A model generated the notes under the pieces. It saw nothing but the letters and a program-made list of their open reading frames with translations. It was not told the origin of the DNA and ran no database searches. From positions 62,001 to 126,000 of IMG/VR virus record IMGVR_UViG_3300020122_000238: a DNA stretch of 64,000 nucleotides; one strand, written 5' to 3'. Position numbers and translations under genes: made by a program. How positions within the stretch are numbered: the stretch's first letter is position 1; the number at the start of each line of letters is the position of its first letter. This document shows, one piece after another, positions 16,873 to 25,151 of this stretch.

Positions 16873-19800
16873 ATGCACGACACCCAGATGATCTACGACC
16901 GTCGTCAGGCCGCCGATGAAGAGGTTGTCGAGGTCGACAAGACGTTCGGCGAACTCCAGATCGCCGAATACGTGGTCTTCCTTTTCGCCCTCGATACCTA
17001 CATGAGATACATGGAGGAGGTTGGGCTCCCCCATGACGAGATGACGGCCAACGGGCTGAAGCTGCTCCGAATGGCGGACATGCTTCACGGCGAGGTCATT
17101 GCTGGCTACATGAAGGCCAACCTCCCGTCGGACACCCACAAGAAGATGCTGGAGAAGGCTCTCCGGCTGAGGCCAACCCCTGATGGGGCTGCTCGCCGGG
17201 CTCTCCAGATCCGCACCCTGCTCTCTCGGGGTGGTGCCTCGACAATGCGAGCGGTGTTCAGCACGAACAAGGCCCTCCAAGAGGTTCGAGCGGCCATCGC
17301 GGCATCCATGGTGGACGATGCTGATGCCGCTCTTGACAAGTTCGCGGTCATCCCCGTCAAGAACATCCGGATTCGTAACTGGATCGACGAAGCTGCCAAA
17401 TTGGCAGGGTCGGGAGTTCCTCCGACACCGGTGACTGCGGTGAGCCAATCTGGCGGTCGAGTCGACGCGTCCAGGGAGCTGACCGTCGAGCGCATGAAGG
17501 CGGAAGCTGCCGACCCAGCTTCTGAGGAGACGAAGGGCACCTCGGACCGTCAAGACAAGATCATCTCTCGGGTCCAAGAAGAAGCTCAGGCGACGGCCTT
17601 GAAGTCCCTGGACGCCAAAAACGAGCCCGATGCCCCTGTCACGAAGTCTCAGGTTGTTGGCATCGCGGCTGCAACTGTAGCAGCCGCGATGGCGGACCCC
17701 GAAGACCTGAAGAACGTCCCGGAGCCCCTCCGTACTCTCGACCCGGAGCAACGGGGAGCGGCTCTCACGGACGGCAAGGTTCTCATTGCTGCGGGAGCCG
17801 GTGCTGGGAAGTCGACGACCCTTGTCGCTCGAATTCAGTACCTCATCAAGGATCGTGGGGTCAAGCCCGGCCGCATCCTGGCTTGTTCGTTCAACCGTAA
17901 GGCGGCGAACGAGCTGAGGGACAAAATCGCCAAGAAGTGTGGCGAGAACGAGATGAAGCAGATGTCCGTGGGGACGATGCACTCGCTCTTCATGCGCTTC
18001 ATCGTGGGTGATCGGGGATCCAACATCCCGGCCTTCGGCACCCCCGCAGAACAGAAGCTTTTCTCCGAGGAGCGACTCATCGCCAACCCTGAGCCGGGTC
18101 AGAAATTCAAGAAGGGCCCGAAGCCCATCAACCACACACTGGCGATTCAGGGCGTAATAAAGGAATGCGGACCGATCGCGCTCGCTTCCTACTACAAGGT
18201 CGATCCGAAGACGTTGGAGGACGGTAGTTCCAGCGCTAAGAAGGCGAACCTCCATATCAATGTGTGGAAGGGCAACGATGTCTCCCCCGAGCAAGCGCTT
18301 GCCAATGCAAAATCAAAAGCAGAAATCTTTGCTGCGATTTGGTATCATATCGGATCGGGGCTCAAGGGAGACATTCCGGGCTGGCGTCCGCCGTGCTCTC
18401 AGAGCAAGACCGCCGACAAGTGGATGGACACATTCCGTCCCGGCAAGGAGCGACTCGGGGACCTTGACGACATGGTCAAGGTCTACCGGGACATCCTCGT
18501 GCGTGACCCCAAGGCCCGCGCCTTGGTTCAGAACATGTTCGATCACATCCTCGTGGACGAGTGCCAGGACCTCAACACGGTTCAGCACCAAGTCTTCGAT
18601 CTGATGTCTCAGCACATCACGGACGGCAAGGACGGCAAGTCCCTCTGGATGGTCGGTGACGACAAGCAGGCCATCTACCAGTTCCGCGGGGCTCGCCCGG
18701 ACCTTTTCACGGCCCTCAACGGCAAGGAGGGCTGGAAGACTCGGATGATCAAGACGAACTACCGCTGCGCTCCGGAGATCGTCGAGTGCGCCAACAAGCT
18801 CGTCGCCCACAACACGAACCAGATCCCGATGGAGGCTCGTGCGAACCCGAAGAAGGCTCGCAAGGAAGCTTCGATCGAGGTCACGGTGCCGGGGGACAAC
18901 GCTTCTGGGGCCATCTATACCCTTCAGCGGATCACGAAGGAGCTTCGTGCGAATCCGACGAGCGAGGAGAAGGACTACGCTGTTCTCGCTCGTACGAACA
19001 ACGAGCTGAATGACTATGAGACGGCCTGCATCATCGAGGGCATCCCGTACACCCGCGTGGGTGGTTCGAGCTTCCTGGAAGCCCCTGAGTCCAAGGCCGT
19101 GCTCGGCTACCTCGACCTCGCGGGCGGGACCAACTTCGAGAAGATGCAGCTCTCGTTGGCTTCGAGCCTGACGAAGCCGGATCGCGGTCTCTACCTCTCG
19201 ACTGACAAGGTGGCCGAGATCGTCAAGGAGGCTCTCCAGGACATCGCTCGCGGGGACGGGATGGACGTGAAGTCTCTCAACCCCTTTGAGGTGATCACCA
19301 AGAGGGTCTACGCCCGCCAGCTCGCCGAAGCCCTCAAGCAGCCCTACAAGAACAAGCTGATGGCCACGGGGGATTGGCTCTGGCGGAAGTCTGTCGATGA
19401 GATGACAGAGACCCTTCTCGAAATGGGGACTCAGGTCGCGAAGCTCAAGAAGACGATCAACGACACGTCGATGCCCGTCGAGGATGTCTTCAAAATCATC
19501 CTCGACGACGTCAAGGCAACGACGGGCTACCGCAACAACCGGACGGGGGAGGACACCCGGAAGACCGTTACTCTTCGAGAGCAGATCTCGAACGACATGT
19601 CCCTCTACTCGGATGGGAGTGAGGACGCCGAGGAAGAGGAAGAGCCGGACTCCGTCAAGCCTGTCGTTGATGACGAGGGCAACCTCATGCTCCCCAAGAC
19701 GGAGGGAGAGCCTGGAGTTCCTTCGGCACCTCCCGCTCCGGAGAACCCTGCCAAAGGGCTTGGAGCTGTGCAGTTCCTCTACCAGATCGCACAGCCGAAT

Positions 19801-20382
19801 GCGCAGGACCACGACTTGGGGCATGACCCGACGACGGCTCTGGGCTTCATTAAGAAGCTGGAGCGCTACTCGGATGCCTCGAAGACGCTTCGAGTCGACC
19901 TCAAGAAGTGGGCCCTGGATCAGAAGAAGCTCCCGCCGGAGCAGCGGGAAGAGCGTCCGCGGTGCATGGTACTTTCCACGGTCCATTCGGTCAAGGGAGC
20001 CGAGTGGCCAAATGTGTTCGTATGTATGCCGGCGGGTATCTTCCCGGTCGAGAAGAAGCCCAAGAAGGATGAGCCCCCGCCCGACCCAGAAGAGGAGCTG
20101 AGGAAGCTCGAAGCGGAGCGGAACCTCGCCTACGTCGCTCTTACCCGGGCCGCAAAGAACCTCACCGTGGTCTGTGCCAAAGCTCCTTCACGGTTCGTCT
20201 TCGAGGCAGGCCTCAAGCCGGGGGAGAACGTCGAGAAGGACGTTCCTCTGGTTACAGAAGAGGGTACTCCGAAAACGGCTGAGGAGGACTTCGGAGACCA
20301 CGGGCCCCCGCCCTTCGAGGACATGGCTTCTTACTTCATGACAGCCGGCGGGGTTGACTCCTCGTACGATCGGAGGGCGTGA
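16873..20382 (+). CDS. UvrD/PcrA-family SF1A DNA helicase with ~270-aa N-terminal extension
   Basis: Motifs LDPEQ, AGAGAGKST, FNRKAANEL, VDECQD, VGDDKQAIYQFRGA, NYRC, LARTN, STVHSVKGAEW, AYVALTRA. Confidence 0.93.
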   Translation: MHDTQMIYDRRQAADEEVVEVDKTFGELQIAEYVVFLFALDTYMRYMEEVGLPHDEMTANGLKLLRMADMLHGEVIAGYMKANLPSDTHKKMLEKALRLRPTPDGAARRALQIRTLLSRGGASTMRAVFSTNKALQEVRAAIAASMVDDADAALDKFAVIPVKNIRIRNWIDEAAKLAGSGVPPTPVTAVSQSGGRVDASRELTVERMKAEAADPASEETKGTSDRQDKIISRVQEEAQATALKSLDAKNEPDAPVTKSQVVGIAAATVAAAMADPEDLKNVPEPLRTLDPEQRGAALTDGKVLIAAGAGAGKSTTLVARIQYLIKDRGVKPGRILACSFNRKAANELRDKIAKKCGENEMKQMSVGTMHSLFMRFIVGDRGSNIPAFGTPAEQKLFSEERLIANPEPGQKFKKGPKPINHTLAIQGVIKECGPIALASYYKVDPKTLEDGSSSAKKANLHINVWKGNDVSPEQALANAKSKAEIFAAIWYHIGSGLKGDIPGWRPPCSQSKTADKWMDTFRPGKERLGDLDDMVKVYRDILVRDPKARALVQNMFDHILVDECQDLNTVQHQVFDLMSQHITDGKDGKSLWMVGDDKQAIYQFRGARPDLFTALNGKEGWKTRMIKTNYRCAPEIVECANKLVAHNTNQIPMEARANPKKARKEASIEVTVPGDNASGAIYTLQRITKELRANPTSEEKDYAVLARTNNELNDYETACIIEGIPYTRVGGSSFLEAPESKAVLGYLDLAGGTNFEKMQLSLASSLTKPDRGLYLSTDKVAEIVKEALQDIARGDGMDVKSLNPFEVITKRVYARQLAEALKQPYKNKLMATGDWLWRKSVDEMTETLLEMGTQVAKLKKTINDTSMPVEDVFKIILDDVKATTGYRNNRTGEDTRKTVTLREQISNDMSLYSDGSEDAEEEEEPDSVKPVVDDEGNLMLPKTEGEPGVPSAPPAPENPAKGLGAVQFLYQIAQPNAQDHDLGHDPTTALGFIKKLERYSDASKTLRVDLKKWALDQKKLPPEQREERPRCMVLSTVHSVKGAEWPNVFVCMPAGIFPVEKKPKKDEPPPDPEEELRKLEAERNLAYVALTRAAKNLTVVCAKAPSRFVFEAGLKPGENVEKDVPLVTEEGTPKTAEEDFGDHGPPPFEDMASYFMTAGGVDSSYDRRA

Positions 20383-20774
20383 TGGCCGCTCAATTCACGC
20401 AGATCACGTTGCCCGAGATGGAGACGTACCTCAAGCGAGCCTTCCGCGCGCTCCGACCTCAGCATGGGGCCAGCCGGGGGGAGGTCGTCATCAACCTCTT
20501 CCTCAACGAGACGAAGACGATCGGGATTCGAATCTGGACCTCGATTCAACCTGGCTCGGGGATGGGTGCCGGCCAAGGGGAGGATGCGATCCGCGTCCAG
20601 TTCTACAATTTCGGCAAGGACCGGCCGATGGTACCCGACAAGGCGCCCATCGTGAAGCGGACCCAGAACTGGCGGGACAACCTCAAGGATCGTATCGAGG
20701 ACATCCTTGAACTCTATGCCGAAAAAGAAGAATACTGGGAGAGTAGAACAGGGAGTTACACGCGTTGCGGATAA
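20382..20774 (+). CDS. Hypothetical protein
   Basis: ORF coupled to the helicase stop (TGATG); genome-like codon usage. Confidence 0.75.
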   Translation: MAAQFTQITLPEMETYLKRAFRALRPQHGASRGEVVINLFLNETKTIGIRIWTSIQPGSGMGAGQGEDAIRVQFYNFGKDRPMVPDKAPIVKRTQNWRDNLKDRIEDILELYAEKEEYWESRTGSYTRCG

Positions 20775-20836
20775 GATCCGGTGGGCCCGAGAAATTATGG
20801 AGCTGTACGAGTCGAAGGACGAGTACTGGGAAAGCC

Positions 20837-20992
20837 GTGTTTGAACTTGATGAGGCTGCGATGGCTCAGGCGTGGGCTTCCGCATGCGCTTTGATGCTCG
20901 CTGACGGAGAAAAACCCGATGTTGTCCTGAAGGAAGCATCGGAGATGTTGGCCAAATTGCAAGAGCAGGTACAAACCTCTCCTGAAGGTTGA
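20837..20992 (+). CDS. Small hypothetical protein
   Basis: GTG-start 51-aa helical ORF filling the gap. Confidence 0.4.
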   Translation: MFELDEAAMAQAWASACALMLADGEKPDVVLKEASEMLAKLQEQVQTSPEG

Positions 20993-21037
20993 TCTCTTGG
21001 GGGTCTCGTTTTGTAGAAAGACCAGAAGGAGATTCAC

Positions 21038-21214
21038 ATGCAAATCAAGTATCAGGTGATCTGTACTGAAAAATACATCGCAGACGATTTGAAGCCTTTC
21101 GACTCGAAGGACGAGGCTGTGGAGTGGGTTCGTATTTGTTTCGAAAAGATGCCGAAGGATCTTATGTGTTCCTCCTTCCACTTCTGGATCCGTGAGATTT
21201 ACGTCGCTGGCTGA
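21038..21214 (+). CDS. Small hypothetical protein (MQIKYQVIC...)
   Basis: 58 codons, SD AAGGAG; below the ORF-track cutoff. Confidence 0.6.
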   Translation: MQIKYQVICTEKYIADDLKPFDSKDEAVEWVRICFEKMPKDLMCSSFHFWIREIYVAG

Positions 21215-21250
21215 GGTTGATCGACTGGTAGTTCGAGCTGTAGGACTCCC

Positions 21251-21571
21251 ATGGGTATCGATCCGCGTTTCCTCATCCTCGATCTCTCTTCCGCGGCCTT
21301 CGGTTATTACCTGGAGGGTCGCGCGTCCTTCGAGGAAACGATCACGCCCATCTATGGGGATGACATCACGGCCTTCATCGAGGAAGAGATCGATCTGATC
21401 TGGGGGGAATCCTACTATGAGTGTTCCGATTCTTTTCGGTTTGCGGTCGTTGGAAACCCCGCGGATCGTCTCGCGTTTGAGCTTTCGCACTCGTGCTGTG
21501 GGCAGGCGGACTTCGAGTTTCGTCATTCTTCGGGGGTGACGTTCCTGTACGGATTCAACTACGGCCACTGA
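21251..21571 (+). CDS. Hypothetical protein (...CCGQADF...GFNYGH)
   Basis: 106-aa ORF preceded by CTGTA-N8-ATG. Confidence 0.65.
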   Translation: MGIDPRFLILDLSSAAFGYYLEGRASFEETITPIYGDDITAFIEEEIDLIWGESYYECSDSFRFAVVGNPADRLAFELSHSCCGQADFEFRHSSGVTFLYGFNYGH

Positions 21572-21592
21572 GGTTGGTGTAGGCATCTTGGG

Positions 21593-22444
21593 ATGTCTCT
21601 CATCACGTTCAACGCCCGCGTAGATCCGACGCTCCCCGTCATCGTTCCGGATGCTGTTTCGTTCGAGACAGGGGCAAGTCGTGAGCAAGCGGGCGACCCG
21701 AGCCTTTTCGTCTACGAGCATCATGGGGCAGGGTTCGGACAAGCGGACCCTGGCGCCTTGACGAGCTTCTTCGAGGATCTCATCCTTGGGAGGCCTTTCC
21801 CGCTTTTGTTCGCCACCCACAGAATCCGCGATCTCGACACCATCTTCGCGATGGCTCTTTTTTTCGATCGGACCCTGGCGATCCACCCGGCGATGCCTGG
21901 GGTGGTGGCGGCGGTGGACATCATACATCGGCGGGGCTTGTCGATGTTGGGGCACATCGAACCCGAGCGGGGGCGCTTCTTCCGGCTCCTCCGGTCGTTC
22001 TTTCCTGAAGAGGGGCTCTCGAAGCGCGAGCTGGGGGAGCGTCTCACAACGGTCGTGGGGTGGATCCGGGATCATCTTGACGGCGGTGGACCTGTGGTCG
22101 GGTCGTGGCCCAAGGTGAAGGTTCTCGACGTCGGGTCCAACGGGTTCGTGCTCGCGGAGACCCATGACCAGCTCCTTGGAGGGTGGGTCGAGCTGTACCG
22201 GATGGGGTACTTGCGGGGGCTTCTCGTCAGCGAGGAGGTCGACAGCCGGCGGAAGGTCTTGGTGTCCCGCAAGAGCGCCTACCTGGATTTCAACCTTTTC
22301 ACGGCCGCCAGCGTCTTCAACGACATGGAAAGAGCCATGGGGGAGCTTCCGGAGTGGCACACGGATGGGGTATGGCTCTGGGGGCCCGAACAGGGTACGC
22401 TGATCCTCGTCACGCACATGATCGAGCTTCTCCGGCGCGTCTGA
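21593..22444 (+). CDS. Hypothetical protein, possibly DHH-like phosphoesterase
   Basis: YEHHG and HRIRDLDT motifs; TGGTGTA 11 nt upstream; function tentative. Confidence 0.55.
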   Translation: MSLITFNARVDPTLPVIVPDAVSFETGASREQAGDPSLFVYEHHGAGFGQADPGALTSFFEDLILGRPFPLLFATHRIRDLDTIFAMALFFDRTLAIHPAMPGVVAAVDIIHRRGLSMLGHIEPERGRFFRLLRSFFPEEGLSKRELGERLTTVVGWIRDHLDGGGPVVGSWPKVKVLDVGSNGFVLAETHDQLLGGWVELYRMGYLRGLLVSEEVDSRRKVLVSRKSAYLDFNLFTAASVFNDMERAMGELPEWHTDGVWLWGPEQGTLILVTHMIELLRRV

Positions 22445-22479
22445 GTTGATCGGCCTCGCCAGGGCCCTGTAGAACAACC

Positions 22480-22752
22480 ATGCCGATCTACGACATTTTG
22501 GGAAACGACGAATCCTGCAACGAGATGGGGGACGTGCATACTACGGATTACTCCAAGTATTACGCGCCCTTCCCCAAGGACCCGTCCGCCCCGTCGGACC
22601 GATTTTACGACAAGCCATCGATCGAGGAGACTATTCCCGACGATCCGGATCGTCAGCTTCAGATCGTCGAGCTGGAGATCGAGCGGGCTCCTCTGGAAGA
22701 CCACAGCGTGTTCCAACGCATTCTGGAGCAGCTCGGCGATTTCCCCTACTGA
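22480..22752 (+). CDS. Acidic hypothetical protein
   Basis: 90-aa ORF preceded by CTGTA-N8-ATG. Confidence 0.6.
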   Translation: MPIYDILGNDESCNEMGDVHTTDYSKYYAPFPKDPSAPSDRFYDKPSIEETIPDDPDRQLQIVELEIERAPLEDHSVFQRILEQLGDFPY

Positions 22753-22814
22753 GGTTGATCACCAAGAGGCCCTCCATGTTGAACTTCCCGCTCCGGTTGT
22801 CCGAAACGAAAATC

Positions 22815-22952
22815 ATGGGTTCGTGGCTTCAGAGCCTCGATGAAGACCGAGACGAAGAGCCAGTCACCCGCCGCGAACCCTGTGTTCCACGCGACCCCGC
22901 CATTAATCGCGAGGCGCGGTACATGAAGCCCGAGACGCAGCTTCCCTTCTGA
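22815..22952 (+). CDS. Small hypothetical protein
   Basis: Short ORF filling the gap; start uncertain. Confidence 0.4.
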   Translation: MGSWLQSLDEDRDEEPVTRREPCVPRDPAINREARYMKPETQLPF

Positions 22953-22957
22953 GCCCA

Positions 22958-23281
22958 ATGACCTGGAGACTTTGGCTTGACGACCAGCTCGCGGATCCCG
23001 ACCCGGACCTTCGGGCTCGGTGGACTCCCGAGGGGTTCCTTGGGGCGACTTCCTCGGAGGAAGCATGTCTCATGGTCGAGGCTCATGGGCCTCCGATGTT
23101 CATGGATCTCGACCATGATCTTGGGGGTGATGACACCGCGATGCGATTCTTGAACTGGCTCTTCTACGAGTACGGATGCGTCAATCCGCCAGAGTTCGAG
23201 ATCCATTCCGAGAACTGTGTCGGACGAGAAAACATCAGGGTTTTCATGTCTTCTTGGGGGCGGTCTTTGCTTTTGGTGTAA
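22958..23281 (+). CDS. Cyclic-phosphate-processing receiver-domain protein
   Basis: LWLDD...DLDHDLG...IHSENCVGRENI matches the family signature LxLDD, xDHDLG, HSxNxxG. Confidence 0.8.
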   Translation: MTWRLWLDDQLADPDPDLRARWTPEGFLGATSSEEACLMVEAHGPPMFMDLDHDLGGDDTAMRFLNWLFYEYGCVNPPEFEIHSENCVGRENIRVFMSSWGRSLLLV

Positions 23282-23290
23282 AGGTTGATC

Positions 23291-23581
23291 ATGGATCCCT
23301 ACCGAGAACCACAAAAAGATATAGATACGTCCCGAAAGTACAGAATGCAGCTCATTGCTGTACGTATTTTTCAGGTGGTTGCTATCTCCCTCGGCGTGTA
23401 CGTGGGTTGGTCTTACAAGCCGTTCCGCCCTTATTATCTGGCTCCTACCTGCATCGAAATGGGACGAATCACGAAGTGGCATGACTCCTATTTCGAATGT
23501 CCGCACCCCAACCAAATTTTGTCCTTTGAGCAGCAGAACACGAATCCAGCTACTTGGCTGGTCATGTGCAAATGCAGGTAG
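23291..23581 (+). CDS. Small membrane protein with Cys-containing C-terminus
   Basis: One hydrophobic segment; ATG 10 nt after TGGTGTA. Confidence 0.6.
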   Translation: MDPYREPQKDIDTSRKYRMQLIAVRIFQVVAISLGVYVGWSYKPFRPYYLAPTCIEMGRITKWHDSYFECPHPNQILSFEQQNTNPATWLVMCKCR

Positions 23582-23615
23582 AGCCCTGAGATTCCTTTCG
23601 TACCCTGGCTAGTAT

Positions 23616-24476
23616 GTGCCGGTACGACGACAGCTCACGACGGTGACGATTGGGACCGATGGTCCCACGAACTACGTCCAAATCCCTGATGGGTCCCGAT
23701 ACAACCTCGGGACCCTTTCTGTTTTGAAATTCGTTGCAGCTCTTGTCTCGGGCCGTGGGCTCGCAAGGCAGGCGCTCGATCGATTCAATGCAGAGGGGCA
23801 GGCGATGATCCCCATCGACCTGGACGCTATGGAGGCGCTCTTTGTACCTCGACGAGCGAGGTGGGCCGCTAGTCCTCTTATCTCGGCACACGATCATCAT
23901 CCCATGCCGGGAAAGGACGCGAGCAGCCCCATGGCGGACGACACTCTCAACCCCAATACCCTTCCGCAGCACTTGGACCAGATCGAGCACCAAGTGGCTG
24001 CGATCACCCATCTGGCGGCGGCCGGCAAGGTCCCCGCTGAGGCTCTCAAAGGCCTTCGGGCGATGGTTGCGGCCATCAGCCTCCCCAACTTCGGCGACCA
24101 GTCGAGCAACTCGGCCTTCAACTCCATGGGGGCACCCCGGGTCGACACGGTCAATCCGGAGGCTCCTCAGAAGCTCCCGACGGACCTCACGCACCCCAAG
24201 GTCGCTTCTCACGAAACCCTCGTGGAGAACTCCAAGCTGGCTGGGGAGATCCTTCAGACGGTCATGGTGACGGAGGATCGCATCGATCGTCTGGTGGCGG
24301 CTGGACGCAAGTTCAATGCAGCCAAGGCCAAGGGGGATCTCCTCACGGTCACCTCGAAGATCAGCTCTCTTCTTCAGGAAGTGGATCTGGCTCACACCTG
24401 GGTGAAGAACGATCTTCACGCGCTCTCGAAGCAGGCGTCTCGCATTCACGATCTCTTCGCAACCGCCAAGATCTGA
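23616..24476 (+). CDS. Hypothetical (probably virion) protein; possible shorter isoform from ATG 23904
   Basis: 286-aa ORF; contains internal copy of the late motif at 23867-23887. Confidence 0.75.
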   Translation: MPVRRQLTTVTIGTDGPTNYVQIPDGSRYNLGTLSVLKFVAALVSGRGLARQALDRFNAEGQAMIPIDLDAMEALFVPRRARWAASPLISAHDHHPMPGKDASSPMADDTLNPNTLPQHLDQIEHQVAAITHLAAAGKVPAEALKGLRAMVAAISLPNFGDQSSNSAFNSMGAPRVDTVNPEAPQKLPTDLTHPKVASHETLVENSKLAGEILQTVMVTEDRIDRLVAAGRKFNAAKAKGDLLTVTSKISSLLQEVDLAHTWVKNDLHALSKQASRIHDLFATAKI

Positions 24477-24479
24477 AAC

Positions 24480-25148
24480 ATGCTCGAAGCAGTTCGTACA
24501 TGCATCGGTTGTGGGGGTGATCTGCCAAGCGGGTCATCTCCCAAGCGTTTGCGTTGTGAACGCTGCAAAAAGGCTGTGATCGTTCAGCGTACGGCAGCTT
24601 GGCGTGATCGTAACCCAGAGAAGCTCTATCTACAACGAGAACGGCAGCTTCCCCAAGCTAGGGTTCGTGCGCTAGCGCGATACAAGCGAGAGCCCGAAAA
24701 AGTTCTCGCTTCCAACAAGAAATGGGCAGAGGCACATCCTGAAAAGATGCGTTTTTACCATGCACGTTGGTTGGAGCAGCCCGAGAACCAGGCCAAAGCC
24801 AAAGGCTGGGTCAAGGCTTGGATGAAGGCGCACCCTGAAAAGATGCGTGCGTATTACCAGCGTTGGTACGTTGAAAATCAGGATCTCCTTCGGACTTCAA
24901 GTCTTCGTCGAAGAAGCATCTATGCAAGCTCTCCCTTTCAATATGAGGAATGGCTTGAGATTCTATATGTATTCGATCAGAAGTGCGGTTACTGCCTTGT
25001 CGAGTGTGATTCTCTGACGATGGATCACATGACCCCCATTTCTCGCGGGGGTCCTCACACGGCAGAGAACATCATTCCTTCATGTAGGTCGTGTAATTCC
25101 CAGAAAAGGGACCGAACGATTTTCTACATGCTCAACACCCAAAGGTGA
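24480..25148 (+). CDS. HNH homing endonuclease
   Basis: CGYC...TMDHMTPISRGGPHTAENIIPSCRSCNSQK; N-terminal W...PEK repeats. Confidence 0.88.
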   Translation: MLEAVRTCIGCGGDLPSGSSPKRLRCERCKKAVIVQRTAAWRDRNPEKLYLQRERQLPQARVRALARYKREPEKVLASNKKWAEAHPEKMRFYHARWLEQPENQAKAKGWVKAWMKAHPEKMRAYYQRWYVENQDLLRTSSLRRRSIYASSPFQYEEWLEILYVFDQKCGYCLVECDSLTMDHMTPISRGGPHTAENIIPSCRSCNSQKRDRTIFYMLNTQR

Positions 25149-25151
25149 GTC

